Virus record (IMG/VR): IMGVR_UViG_3300042461_000028
Coordinates: 1-48,101 of that record
Length of the DNA stretch: 48,101 nt
Origin: a virus
Reading direction: 5' to 3' (one strand)
Below, piece after piece: positions 9,324-19,060 of this stretch; position 1 is the first letter of the stretch; each line of letters begins with the position of its first letter. The notes under the pieces were generated by a model, which saw nothing but the letters and a program-made list of their open reading frames with translations, ran no database searches and was not told where the DNA came from. The translations under genes were made by a program, and so were the position numbers.

Positions 9324-9691
9324 GCCTGAATATGGAAGGCCACATTGATGAGGTATTCGTCAGTGTGGCCGCAAGTCGTACGGTTGACGTCGGCGGCCAA
9401 TGGGCTGAAGGCATATGGACGCCAGGGGCGTCAGATACCAAGCCCTACATCGTCAACATTCAGCCAGCCAGCGACAGAGAGGTCGATTTCATTCGCCAGG
9501 GTGGCGAGCGTATTACCGACGTGCGCCGCATCTACATCAACCAGGGTGAGATGCAGTTGATCGACCAGACCGGCACCTGGACATTCCTTGGTCAGCAGTG
9601 GAAGGCCGTCAAGTGTGACAACCGGTACTGGCGCAACTACTGCAAAGTCCTCGTCATGCGCATCGACAATCAGTCAGGTGGCCCAGCATGA
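9320..9691 (+). CDS. neck / tail-completion protein, unknown family
   Basis: 123 aa, ATGA-coupled on both sides, within the connector gene block. Confidence 0.5.
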   Translation: MSLNMEGHIDEVFVSVAASRTVDVGGQWAEGIWTPGASDTKPYIVNIQPASDREVDFIRQGGERITDVRRIYINQGEMQLIDQTGTWTFLGQQWKAVKCDNRYWRNYCKVLVMRIDNQSGGPA

Positions 9692-10233
9692 CGAATGAAG
9701 AACTGTTCAAGAAGCTGCGACCGATTGTAATGCTTGCCACGGGCGTTCCTGAGTGCCTGCTTGCCGACCAGATCGGCCCCGGCAGCATGACTTCACCAAC
9801 GGGTGCATACGCAACGATCACGCCACGCCAGTACGTAAGCGAGCGGGGGCAAGCCAATATCGTCTCTCGCGATGTCCCGGGCGACCAGGTTGAAGTCGAT
9901 GTCCGTGCTCAGATCATGTGTTCGGCGAGCGTCAACTTCTATCGCGGTGAGGCCCTGATGTACGCCGAGCGGTTGAAGCAGGCCAACAAGCGCCCAGACA
10001 TCAGCATGATGCTGTTCAAGTCGAAGATCGGCTGGAACAGCGCTGACGGCGTGAACAACCTGACCAGTCTGCAATCGGCCAACTTCGAGCAGCGAGCCCA
10101 GATCACCATCCGGCTGATGTACGAAACCAGCAGCCTGCCGGTCGTCAACAACATCCTGAGCGCCACCGTGGCATTCGAGAACGAAAAAGCGCAGGTCATC
10201 CAGACCTTCACAGTGGAAGTCGATCCCACATAA
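9688..10233 (+). CDS. virion protein preceding sheath (tail terminator position)
   Basis: 181 aa, SD AGGTGG, high third-position GC. Function assigned by position only. Confidence 0.5.
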   Translation: MTNEELFKKLRPIVMLATGVPECLLADQIGPGSMTSPTGAYATITPRQYVSERGQANIVSRDVPGDQVEVDVRAQIMCSASVNFYRGEALMYAERLKQANKRPDISMMLFKSKIGWNSADGVNNLTSLQSANFEQRAQITIRLMYETSSLPVVNNILSATVAFENEKAQVIQTFTVEVDPT

Positions 10234-10251
10234 CCCATTGGAGCTAGCACA

Positions 10252-11394
10252 GTGAGCTATCCAGCTACCAACATCATCCGGATTAATGCCCGGATCAGCC
10301 CGGCAGGCCTGGGCAATGCGAACTTTGCCAGCGCCTTGCTGTTCGCCCCGCAAACTGAACTCCCGGTGGGGTTCTCCGCCGACACGTACCGGACGTATTT
10401 CAGCCTGCCGGCGCTTTCCGAAGACTTTGCTGACACAACAGAGACTTACAAAGCGGCCCAGCGCTGGCTCAGTGGCACCCCAGCCACTCGCGAGCTGAAA
10501 GTCTGGGGTGCCGCGACCGCCGACGCAACGCGCGTCGCGACCTTGAACAAGGCCCGCAACATGCTCTGGTGGTACTGGACCATGTGGACCGCGCCGATTC
10601 TGGCCGTCAAGGCGGACGTTCTGGCAATTGCCCAATGGTGCGAAGACAACACCAGCATGTTCATCGACAACCAGACCGGTGCGTCTGTCGTCGAGATCCG
10701 CGACCCAAGCGACGTTGATGACATCGCCACCCAGCTGACGACAGCCGGCTTCCGTCACGTCTACACCGCCGCGCATGCCACCGATGCCTATTCCGGCTCG
10801 GCGCTGGCCAAGCACTTCGCCGCGGTGAACTACAGTGCCGACCGGTCGACCATCACTGGCGAGTTCAAGAAGTCGCCAGGCGTTCCAGCCGAATCGTTGA
10901 GCGGCACGGCCTACACCGCGATGCAGAGCGCCACGAAGAAGGCCACGTTCTACACCGTCGTGGACAACCAAGGATCGATAGACTCTGGCCGGTGGTTGAA
11001 CACCACCACACACAGCACCTACGGCGAGTTCATCGACGACGTTGTGAACCTCGACGCGTGCGTGAACTACCTGACCACTTCGCTCTACAACGCCGTCGCC
11101 AATCAGCCCACCAAGTTGCAACAGACCCCAGTCGGGCAGGCGGTACTGATCGGCGCAGCTCGGGCAACCATGCAGCAGTTCATCAAAAACGGCTACCTTG
11201 GCCCGCGCAACTATATCGACCCTGATGACGGGCTGGAGAAGTACACCGCAGGCTTCGAGATCCTGACCAAGCCCGAGGACATCCTCGACCTGTCGGAAGC
11301 TGATCGTAACGCCCATAAGTCGGCACCGCTGCGTATCCGCCTTTTCCGCGCGGGCGCCATCCACATTGTTGACGTCGATCTCGACGTTTATTGA
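10252..11394 (+). CDS. tail sheath protein (DUF3383-like)
   Basis: 380 aa, GTG start with GGAG 8 nt upstream. Followed by the tube gene. Sequence resembles DUF3383 sheath proteins. Confidence 0.75.
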   Translation: MSYPATNIIRINARISPAGLGNANFASALLFAPQTELPVGFSADTYRTYFSLPALSEDFADTTETYKAAQRWLSGTPATRELKVWGAATADATRVATLNKARNMLWWYWTMWTAPILAVKADVLAIAQWCEDNTSMFIDNQTGASVVEIRDPSDVDDIATQLTTAGFRHVYTAAHATDAYSGSALAKHFAAVNYSADRSTITGEFKKSPGVPAESLSGTAYTAMQSATKKATFYTVVDNQGSIDSGRWLNTTTHSTYGEFIDDVVNLDACVNYLTTSLYNAVANQPTKLQQTPVGQAVLIGAARATMQQFIKNGYLGPRNYIDPDDGLEKYTAGFEILTKPEDILDLSEADRNAHKSAPLRIRLFRAGAIHIVDVDLDVY

Positions 11395-11404
11395 TAGGTG
11401 ACCC

Positions 11405-11812
11405 ATGAGCCTGAGTAATTTTTCGACAGACCTTTGCGTCGTCACCATCAATGGCCGTCAGATTCAGGACTGGGGTGATACAGCGACCCCCCTCACGGAC
11501 GCGCCGATCGATGCTCGGAGCCAGCTACGCCGAGGGCAGGGCGGTAACGCTGTTCGCCTCGACCGTATCAACCCGGGGCGGGAGGTCAATATTTTCCTGA
11601 ACCCTGGATCGGCAGACGCAGCGTATGTGCAAGGGCTGTTTAACTCGAATGCCAACGTAACGTTTACCTACACCCAAATCGGCACCCTGGAAACAGCCCT
11701 GGGTTCTGAAGGAGTAATTGTGAACGACGGCCAGCGCGGTCGGGCCGGCTCAACCATCACGGACGACCAGTTCACGATGCAGTTCAACATCTGGGAAGCG
11801 ACAAGGGGCTGA
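11405..11812 (+). CDS. tail tube protein (DUF3277-like)
   Basis: 135 aa directly after the sheath gene. Sequence (…CVVTINGRQIQDWGD…) resembles DUF3277. Confidence 0.7.
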   Translation: MSLSNFSTDLCVVTINGRQIQDWGDTATPLTDAPIDARSQLRRGQGGNAVRLDRINPGREVNIFLNPGSADAAYVQGLFNSNANVTFTYTQIGTLETALGSEGVIVNDGQRGRAGSTITDDQFTMQFNIWEATRG

Positions 11813-11815
11813 TAG

Positions 11816-12217
11816 ATGAGCGTAAAAGCATTCACCATCGGCGGCGTGCAGTACAACGCCGCCATGGCAAGCGCCGTCGATCAAGACCGCCTGATGTCCT
11901 TACTGGCCGGGGCCGTTCTGGAGCGATTCGCCACGGCGGCGCAGGCCGGCATTGAGGTTGATAGCCATGTGCTTTGCTCGATGTTTATGTCGATGCGCCA
12001 GGACGTGAAGGGCCAGGTCGTGCAGATCCTCATGACCCGGGTATTCATCAACGGCACCGAGCGCCCCGTCACCGTCGCCGACTTCGGCGGAAAGATGGTG
12101 CAGTACAACCAACTGCTGGCCGAGTTGCTGCGCTGGAATCTTTCCGATTTTTTCGACTGGCTGCCAAGCGGCGAAAAAGGCGCTCGGCAGCCGGGCGCGG
12201 AAAGCGCAGCGCAGTAA
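11816..12217 (+). CDS. tail assembly chaperone (G-like, zero-frame product)
   Basis: 133 aa between tube and tape measure. Contains the slippery heptamer T_TTT_TTC at 12148-12154. Confidence 0.7.
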   Translation: MSVKAFTIGGVQYNAAMASAVDQDRLMSLLAGAVLERFATAAQAGIEVDSHVLCSMFMSMRQDVKGQVVQILMTRVFINGTERPVTVADFGGKMVQYNQLLAELLRWNLSDFFDWLPSGEKGARQPGAESAAQ

Positions 12218-12381
12218 ATTGGTTCCTGATGCGCCCCTGTGTCGGGATCGTTGGCGTGTGCCCGCCGCTGTGCACTTGGGCGCAACTTGAAGACGGAACC
12301 CACTCCCTAGCCAGCGTCGAGCGCTTTAATCAAGCCATGGACGAGCTGTGGGATCAATACGAGGCTGCGAAGAATGGCTAG
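11816..12381 (+). CDS. tail assembly chaperone GT-like product via -1 frameshift at 12148-12154
   Basis: The -1 frame is open from the slip site to 12381 (…RLAAKRRKRRSAAG…WAQLEDGTHSLASVERFNQAMDELWDQYEAAKNG) and ends 8 nt into the tape measure gene. Confidence 0.55.
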
Positions 12382-13651
12382 CAAAGTACTGAAGTCATTC
12401 CTGATCGGCATCGGCTATGACACTAAGGCCCTGGAGGCGGGCGACAAGAAGATTGGCGCCAGCCTCAACGGGATCAAATCGAATGCCTTGGGTATCTCGG
12501 CCGCTCTCGTCGGGGCCTTCGGCGCGGGCGCCAGCGCGATTGTCGGCGTGGCTGACCGTGTAGACAAGCTGGCAATGTCCACGCAGAACCTGCGCACCTC
12601 ACAGGCAGCCGTGTACAACTACGGTAATGCCCTGAAGCTCATGGGTGGCGATGCGGCGGACGCCGTAGAGACCCTGGCCCACTTCGAAGAGATCCAGAAC
12701 AACCTTCGCCTCAAGGGAGATGCTGGGCCGATCAACGATCTGGCTATGGCTGGGATCGATGTTAGCTCTCTATACCAGACAAATACTGGCGAGGAGTTCA
12801 TGCGCGCTTTGTCGGGCATGATTCCAAAGCTGGATGAAGGGCAAAGATCAGTCGTTCAGAGCTCGCTTGGGTTGTCCGATGGTGTTTTTCGATCCCTTGC
12901 CGGCGGGATCGAGAACCTCGACGAAACCATGAAGCGCGCCAATGCGCTGACCGGTGACATCGACCAGCTCACTGAGAATAGCCGCAAGCTTCGCGAGAAC
13001 ACAGCGGAACTCGGCCTTGTCATCGAGAGCGTCAAGAACGAATTGGCTGATAAATTTCTGCCAAGCCTGATCGGCGCAACGGAGGGGGTGAACAACTTCC
13101 TTAGGGAATACCGGCCGGAAATCAGCAAGGGCATTGATGCTCTGTCTGAGAATCCGCAGGCCACCGCCGGAATAGGTATCGGTGCCGCAACCGTGGTAGC
13201 CGGTGCCGGGCTTTCCAAGATCGGTTTGGGCGGTATCGGCGGTGCATTGAAAGGGGCTGGGCAGGTCGGCATGGCAATCAGCCTTGCTGACCTCATGACC
13301 CCCTACATTGACCCAATGTTCGACAAGCTATTTGGAGTGGAGAGGGATACCCCAGAGATTTACTCCGGCCAGGTTATACGGTCCCAGGATGACATCGATT
13401 ACTTGAACCACCGAGACAGGTCGGCCGCTGACAGCCTCCCGCCTGAACCCGCATCAACAGCAGAGGATGATCGCCAGGCCAGCGCCGAAGCTCTCGCCGG
13501 CGCCCTGAGTCGCGCGCCGATCAAGGTGGAAAACCAGCTTGGTGTCACTTTGCAGCTTGACGGCCAGGCGCTGGAGACAAAAATCATGCAGGTCAACGAG
13601 CGGCAGAACTACGAAACCCTCAGCGACCTGAAGACCACCACGGAGCGATAG
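12374..13651 (+). CDS. tape measure protein
   Basis: 425 aa. Helical with Gly/Ala-rich hydrophobic stretches (GIGIGAATVVAGAGLSKIGLGGIGGALKGAG). Canonical position after the G/GT chaperone. Confidence 0.8.
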   Translation: MASKVLKSFLIGIGYDTKALEAGDKKIGASLNGIKSNALGISAALVGAFGAGASAIVGVADRVDKLAMSTQNLRTSQAAVYNYGNALKLMGGDAADAVETLAHFEEIQNNLRLKGDAGPINDLAMAGIDVSSLYQTNTGEEFMRALSGMIPKLDEGQRSVVQSSLGLSDGVFRSLAGGIENLDETMKRANALTGDIDQLTENSRKLRENTAELGLVIESVKNELADKFLPSLIGATEGVNNFLREYRPEISKGIDALSENPQATAGIGIGAATVVAGAGLSKIGLGGIGGALKGAGQVGMAISLADLMTPYIDPMFDKLFGVERDTPEIYSGQVIRSQDDIDYLNHRDRSAADSLPPEPASTAEDDRQASAEALAGALSRAPIKVENQLGVTLQLDGQALETKIMQVNERQNYETLSDLKTTTER

Positions 13652-13653
13652 CC

Positions 13654-14310
13654 TTGAGCATCATAAATATCTTCACGCGCCAGGCGCCGACCATTGCCGG
13701 CTACTCGTTCGACGCGGTGCTAGAGGATACGTTCGAGGCCACAGTGACCATCACCTCGGTTCCGATCGAGTCCGGGGTGAGGATTTCGGACCACCGGATC
13801 CTGAACCCCTACAAATGGGTGATGACCGGGGCCATCAGCAACAACCCGGTCAAGGTCCAGTTGACAGACTTCCTCGGCGGTGCGCTCTCCAACCTGACGG
13901 ACAACCCGATTGTTTCTACGGTGGCCGGCCTGTCGGCTGGATTCCTGGCCGGTAGCGATGAGACCAGGGCGAGCACCACGCTCGACTTTCTGATCTGGCT
14001 CATGACGTCCTATGACCCGTTCGATATCGATGCCGGCGACATCCTGCTCAAGAATATGGCGATCACTCGCCTATCCAGGACAAAAGAGCCGCGCAACGAG
14101 GGCGGCCTGGAATTCATCGTCGAGCTGCAAGAGGTTATCAGCCTAGACAGGATTGTCCGTACCACCGAGTGCTCACTACCTCAGCTGCGCGACGGAGATC
14201 CATCAAAGAGCGCGCTGGCCCGGGCAATCGAAAAGGGCCAGGCGATCGCCAAGGAGGCGAATGAGGCCGTCTCGAACGCCGTTAATAACATCATTGATGG
14301 GGTGGTCTGA
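13654..14310 (+). CDS. tail/baseplate protein, unknown family
   Basis: 218 aa, TTG start with GGAG 8 nt upstream, between tape measure and hub. Confidence 0.55.
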   Translation: MSIINIFTRQAPTIAGYSFDAVLEDTFEATVTITSVPIESGVRISDHRILNPYKWVMTGAISNNPVKVQLTDFLGGALSNLTDNPIVSTVAGLSAGFLAGSDETRASTTLDFLIWLMTSYDPFDIDAGDILLKNMAITRLSRTKEPRNEGGLEFIVELQEVISLDRIVRTTECSLPQLRDGDPSKSALARAIEKGQAIAKEANEAVSNAVNNIIDGVV

Positions 14311-14618
14311 TGCTTGTAATCCCGATCCTCCCCGGTGCCGCGAATGCCCATCAGCGGTTCGCTGTGCAGCTTGGCGACAACCTGATCGCGTTCGAGCTGG
14401 ATTTCATTTCATACATGGACGAGCCGGCCTGGTCCATGAACCTACTGCGCGACGGAAGCCGTATCGTATCCGGGGCCATGCTGGAGCCTGGTAGCGACAT
14501 AATCCAGAGCTATCGAACTGGAATCGGGCAGCTGGTGTTCACCGGTAACGACGTCACGTTGGACAATCTCGGCATCGAAAACTTCCTTGTTTGGATACCT
14601 CCACTGGTGGAAATATGA
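14310..14618 (+). CDS. small tail/baseplate protein
   Basis: 102 aa, TGATG coupling upstream and ATGA coupling downstream. Confidence 0.55.
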   Translation: MLVIPILPGAANAHQRFAVQLGDNLIAFELDFISYMDEPAWSMNLLRDGSRIVSGAMLEPGSDIIQSYRTGIGQLVFTGNDVTLDNLGIENFLVWIPPLVEI

Positions 14619-16030
14619 GAGAGCGCGTTTGGTCGATTGATATCAACGGCCAGCCCTATATCAGCCCGCAAATGGGGCGCCGCCAGTTTCGCATCCAGTT
14701 CAATATCGATATATCGCCAGGCGATGCAATCTCCTTTGCAGATATCCGCCTGTACAACCTGAACAAGGGATCCCGAATCACTCAGGGCTCTAGCATCGTT
14801 CTGCGCGCCGGCTACGACGACAACATGGACGCCATCTTCACCGGGTTCGTTACCAACTCGCTTCGCGAGAGAGAGCCGGGCGCGCCAGAGATTATTTACC
14901 GACTGATTTGCCGCTCAGGGCAGCCAGCTACCGACCGGGCATCCGCCCAGCTTTCCTTTGGCATCGGGACCAGGGTCGAGGAGGTCATCCGCGCCTTGGC
15001 TGCTGCGTGGCCGCTGCCAATCGATATCGATAATGCACAGTTCGCGGACGCCAAGCCGCTTTCATCTGGTCTGATGGTTGATGGCGACATACCCGCAGCG
15101 CTGACTGACCTGGCCTACGCCTACAAGTTCGACTGGATGCAGGACCGCGGGCGCATCATCATCACCAAGCCCAACATGCCGCGCTCCACCATCCCTGTGC
15201 AGGTTGACCAGTTCAGCGGAATGATCGGCATCCCTGAGGTGTCTCGCGGCCCTGATGGGCTTGGCGTGTTCGTTGCTGTCCAGCTGAACCCGGCGCTGCG
15301 CATCAACGGAAAGATCAACGTAGAGAGCGAATTCGCCACCTTCAATACCGGCAACCTGTTCGTTTCCGAGCTGAGCGGCGACGCCTCTGCCAACGGCGAA
15401 TACAATATTTTCGCCATGAAGCACTCCGGCGATTCGCACAGCGACCTGTGGCGGACCGAGATCGACGGGCTCCGAGCAGGCACCACGCCCGTTGCCACCG
15501 AGACTGCGACCAAGGAGAACGGCAAGCTGATCTGGGGTGCCAGGGTTGACCAGGCATTCCGCGTCAAGGTAAGGGAGATTGCCGGCCAACTGTCAATGGA
15601 CCCGAATTGGCTTATGGCCGTGATGGGCTTCGAGACTGGTTACACCTTCAGTCCTGCCGCTCGAAATCCTGGGAGCACGGCGACCGGCCTGATTCAGTTC
15701 ATCGAGTCCACGGCGCGTGGCCTAGGCACATCTACCGCGCAGCTCGCCAGAATGACAGCTGTTCGCCAGCTCGATTTCGTGGAGTCCTACTACAAGCCGT
15801 ACTCCGGTCGCATACGCAACCTTGGGGACGCCTATCTGGCGGTGCTTTGGCCTATCGCCGTGGGGCGCCCGGACTCCTACGTAATGTGGGAGCGCGACTC
15901 AGGGCCATATCAGCGTGAATACGCGGCGAACTCAGGTCTTGACGTGAACCACAACGGCTTCATCACCCGCGGGGAGGCGGTTGCGTCGGTCAATACTTCC
16001 TTCTTGCGCGGCCAGCAGTTCGTGCGATGA
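14615..16030 (+). CDS. baseplate hub protein with C-terminal lytic-transglycosylase-like domain
   Basis: ATG 14615 (ATGA overlap). The N-terminal ~300 aa are hub/late-control-D-like by position. C-terminal …LMAVMGFETGYTF…ATGLIQF… resembles the catalytic Glu and GLxQ motifs of SLT-type muramidases. Confidence 0.65.
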   Translation: MRERVWSIDINGQPYISPQMGRRQFRIQFNIDISPGDAISFADIRLYNLNKGSRITQGSSIVLRAGYDDNMDAIFTGFVTNSLREREPGAPEIIYRLICRSGQPATDRASAQLSFGIGTRVEEVIRALAAAWPLPIDIDNAQFADAKPLSSGLMVDGDIPAALTDLAYAYKFDWMQDRGRIIITKPNMPRSTIPVQVDQFSGMIGIPEVSRGPDGLGVFVAVQLNPALRINGKINVESEFATFNTGNLFVSELSGDASANGEYNIFAMKHSGDSHSDLWRTEIDGLRAGTTPVATETATKENGKLIWGARVDQAFRVKVREIAGQLSMDPNWLMAVMGFETGYTFSPAARNPGSTATGLIQFIESTARGLGTSTAQLARMTAVRQLDFVESYYKPYSGRIRNLGDAYLAVLWPIAVGRPDSYVMWERDSGPYQREYAANSGLDVNHNGFITRGEAVASVNTSFLRGQQFVR

Positions 16031-16077
16031 CCAAATAAATCAAGCCCGTCTGCCGCGGGCCATAATCCGAGGTGGAC

Positions 16078-16785
16078 ATGCTTGAATCAGAAGGCCGCGC
16101 AAAACAGGCAAGGCTGATCCGCGACTCTTTTCGTGAGGTAATGAAAGGCGTTTGCACCTCGCTACCAGGCTATGTGCTCACGTTTGATCCAGACACTCAA
16201 TTGGCCCAGGTGCAGCCTGGCGTGTCACGGGTGGATATCAATGGTGCGGAGTTCACCATCCCGCCAATCATCGAGGTGCCGGTCTACTTCCCCGGCGGCG
16301 ATTACTGCGTTGAGTACCAGATCGACCCGCTTTGCGAAGGCGACATTTTGTTTTCCCAGCGCTGCATTGACGGCTGGATACAGAGCGGCGGGGTGGCCGC
16401 AAACCCCATTGGTCGCTTTCACAACATGCAGGACGCCATGTTCCTGCCTGGGTTCCGGTCTCGACCGAATGCCCTCCCATCTTTTCAGAACAACGGTGTC
16501 CGCATTCGCAACCGGGCTGGCACCCAATTCGTTTGGCTGAAGAACGACAACAGCATCACGATGGATAACGGCCTGGCTAAGTTCGATGTGCGTGCCGACG
16601 GCACAACCCTCATGCAGAACGGGGCCGGCAGCTTCCAGCTAATGGCTGACGGATCGTTCCTCATTAACGGACTGAAGATCACGCCGGATGGCGATGTGAT
16701 TACGGCCACGGGTATTTCTCTGAAAAATCACAGAACGTCCGGTGTTACGCCTGGATCTGGAACAAGTGGAGTGCCAGTTATATGA
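16078..16785 (+). CDS. baseplate central spike (Mu gp45 / gp138-N-like)
   Basis: ATG 16078 (GAGG 5 nt upstream; GTG 16072 also possible). PGYVLTFDPDTQLAQVQP…EVPVYFPGG… is typical of gp138_N/V-type spike proteins. Confidence 0.65.
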   Translation: MLESEGRAKQARLIRDSFREVMKGVCTSLPGYVLTFDPDTQLAQVQPGVSRVDINGAEFTIPPIIEVPVYFPGGDYCVEYQIDPLCEGDILFSQRCIDGWIQSGGVAANPIGRFHNMQDAMFLPGFRSRPNALPSFQNNGVRIRNRAGTQFVWLKNDNSITMDNGLAKFDVRADGTTLMQNGAGSFQLMADGSFLINGLKITPDGDVITATGISLKNHRTSGVTPGSGTSGVPVI

Positions 16786-17129
16786 CCGTTCGCAGGCTGG
16801 ACGAAAACGGCGACATCGTGACACAGGGGCAGCAGTTCATAAGCGGTAAGGAAGAGATAGCGCAAACGGTCCTGACCCGGCTCCGTTTGTTCCTGGGTGA
16901 ATATTTCCGCGACATCACCGACGGCACGCCGTGGTACGAGCAGATCCTGGGCAAGTTCACCAGCCTATCGGCCGCCGAGGCTGCCCTGCGCGCCCGAATA
17001 GCCAACACCCCCGGAGTTATCCGGCTCACCAGCTTCTCCGCCGATTTCGATATCAACACCCGCCGCTACAGCGTGACCGCTGGAATACTCACTGAGTTCG
17101 GCACGGACGAGGTAACACTGAATGGCTAG
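16782..17129 (+). CDS. baseplate wedge protein (gp25/W-like)
   Basis: 115 aa, ATGA-coupled. IAQTVLTRLRLFLGEYFRDITDGTPW resembles small baseplate proteins upstream of baseplate J. Confidence 0.55.
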   Translation: MTVRRLDENGDIVTQGQQFISGKEEIAQTVLTRLRLFLGEYFRDITDGTPWYEQILGKFTSLSAAEAALRARIANTPGVIRLTSFSADFDINTRRYSVTAGILTEFGTDEVTLNG

Positions 17130-18336
17130 CCTGACCTCCACCGGCTACGTGCTACAGACTCAAAACGAGTGGTTTGCCCAGGAGCGACAGTTCTACGTGG
17201 AGATTGATCCACTGTGGAACCTCGACCCATCCACGCCCGACGGCCTGAAGATGGCGCACGACGCCGAAATCTTCTACGTCCTGGATGAGACCCTGCAGCG
17301 CGCCTACAACTCGAAGGACCCGAACAAAGCCAAGGGACTGGACCTCGATATCGTATGCGCGCTGACCGGGACGACGCGCTCGCTCGGTTCAAAGTCCAGC
17401 GTTTCGCTCGAACTCACTGGCACTCCAAGTACCGTCATTCCTCGTGCAAATCGGTTCGAATCATCCGTTACCGGAAGTCGCTGGGAAACCGATCAGGTTG
17501 TTACGATCGATGCCAGTGGCTCGGCAACAGTGAATGCCACTTGTACTGTTTCCGGCCCAACGCCAGCAGATCCCGGCACGATAACCCGCATAGTCGACGT
17601 TGTAGCGGGCCTGGCCACTGTCAATAACCCATCGCCAGCGGTAGCGGGCACAGACGAGCAGCGTGACGAGCAGCTTCGAGTGACCCGCGCGGCTGCCGTT
17701 GGGCGTCCAGGCAGTAACCAGATTGATTCGATGACCGGCGAGCTGTTCGCTGTCGCGGGAGTGCGTCGAGTAAAGGTCTACGAAAACGACACGAACAGCG
17801 CCGCTGTAACCCCAGACAACCCATACGGTTTGCCTGCGCATTCGATCGCCCCAATCATAGATGGCGGAACAGATGAGGATGTGGCGCTGGCCATCTACCT
17901 CAAGAAGAACCCGGGGGTTTTACTGTTCCAGGCCGGAGCCCCATTCGAGGTAACCGTCCAATCACCAAGCTTTCCCGACAACTTCAAGGTCATCAAGGCA
18001 AGCCGACCAAATTACATTGATGCGATCCTGGTCGTAGAGATCAAGGATGACGGAACACTCCCAGTAGATGCCGATCAGCAGATCAAAGACGCGATTATAG
18101 AGTTCGCTGAAGGCGAGCTTATCCCGGCTGACGTCGGGTTCAAGATTACAGGGTTTGGCATTGGCGAGACGGTTCCGTTCAGCACCATGTTCACTCCTAT
18201 CAATCAGGTGATCGGTAAGTTCGGTAATAGCTACGTGAACAGCCTGCTGCTCAATGGATCGTCCACGAACCTCTCTATCGCCTATAACCAGATGTCTCGA
18301 TGGTCGGCATCAAACATCACTGTGACGATAGTCTGA
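17122..18336 (+). CDS. baseplate J-like protein
   Basis: 404 aa. Size, position and sequence are consistent with the Baseplate_J family. Confidence 0.7.
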   Translation: MASLTSTGYVLQTQNEWFAQERQFYVEIDPLWNLDPSTPDGLKMAHDAEIFYVLDETLQRAYNSKDPNKAKGLDLDIVCALTGTTRSLGSKSSVSLELTGTPSTVIPRANRFESSVTGSRWETDQVVTIDASGSATVNATCTVSGPTPADPGTITRIVDVVAGLATVNNPSPAVAGTDEQRDEQLRVTRAAAVGRPGSNQIDSMTGELFAVAGVRRVKVYENDTNSAAVTPDNPYGLPAHSIAPIIDGGTDEDVALAIYLKKNPGVLLFQAGAPFEVTVQSPSFPDNFKVIKASRPNYIDAILVVEIKDDGTLPVDADQQIKDAIIEFAEGELIPADVGFKITGFGIGETVPFSTMFTPINQVIGKFGNSYVNSLLLNGSSTNLSIAYNQMSRWSASNITVTIV

Positions 18337-18350
18337 CCGGGCGGTGACGA

Positions 18351-19058
18351 ATGACTTTCTTCAATCGGGAATACTTCGAGTCCGGCTATATCGAGTCGGG
18401 ATATGTAGAGGACAGTTCTACCTCTTTAAATCGAATTTATGCGCAATATCGGGACAAGCCAAAGGCGGTTGCCTGGTACGAGATCGCTATCAAGATGGGC
18501 GCGAAAATCGATACCGCTGCCGAGGCCGTGCGCAACAGCTACAACATCGACACGGCCACATTCGACGCTCTGGACACCATAGGTCGGATCGTCGTAGCGC
18601 CAAGGAGCTACATCGGCACGCTGCCCATGAACCCTGGTCAGTTCGCTCTACTGGACGGTTCTGAGTTCGGTGATGAAGAGGCTGTTTTCAGCGCACTGAC
18701 CATAGACCAAGACGCCACTCTCTCTGATGAACTTTACCGCCTGGTCATCAAGGCCAAGATTGTCAAGAACAACAGCCACGCAACAATCGACGACATCCTG
18801 GCGAGCATGAATTTCCTGCTCCCCAACGCTATCACTCTTCGTATCGCGGACAACGAAGACATGTCGTTCAGCATTGAATTCTATGGCGGCATCACTCCAC
18901 TTGAGCGGTTCGCGCTTCTCAATGACCTGCTGGTGCCAAAACCACAGGGAGTTCGGTTCAGTGGATTCATGGAGGGAATCGACATGGCTGAATTCGGGAA
19001 TACCGAAGAGCAGTTTGGTGACAATCACGCCCAATTTGTTGGATTTACCGGAGGATAA
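18351..19058 (+). CDS. baseplate/tail-fibre-base protein (DUF2612-like)
   Basis: 235 aa following baseplate J. N-terminal …YFESGYIESGYVED…YAQYRDKPK… resembles DUF2612. Confidence 0.6.
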   Translation: MTFFNREYFESGYIESGYVEDSSTSLNRIYAQYRDKPKAVAWYEIAIKMGAKIDTAAEAVRNSYNIDTATFDALDTIGRIVVAPRSYIGTLPMNPGQFALLDGSEFGDEEAVFSALTIDQDATLSDELYRLVIKAKIVKNNSHATIDDILASMNFLLPNAITLRIADNEDMSFSIEFYGGITPLERFALLNDLLVPKPQGVRFSGFMEGIDMAEFGNTEEQFGDNHAQFVGFTGG

Positions 19059-19060
19059 TA

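Noticed and set aside
9793-11451. 552-aa ORF on the - strand (also 5383..6327, 6839..7654, 41862..42614, 43396..44419 and similar)
   Set aside because: These ORFs are antisense to genes with recognisable virion or replication motifs (sheath, scaffold, capsid, Rha, DnaC-like). Their sequences are Arg/Gly/Val-rich and low-complexity, as expected for stop-free antisense frames in GC-rich DNA. They have no SD.
12173-12179. A-run gcgAAAAAgg as an alternative frameshift site
   Set aside because: It has only five A residues, and in the zero frame (GAA AAA GGC) it does not form an X_XXY_YYZ heptamer. The T_TTT_TTC site 25 nt upstream is canonical.
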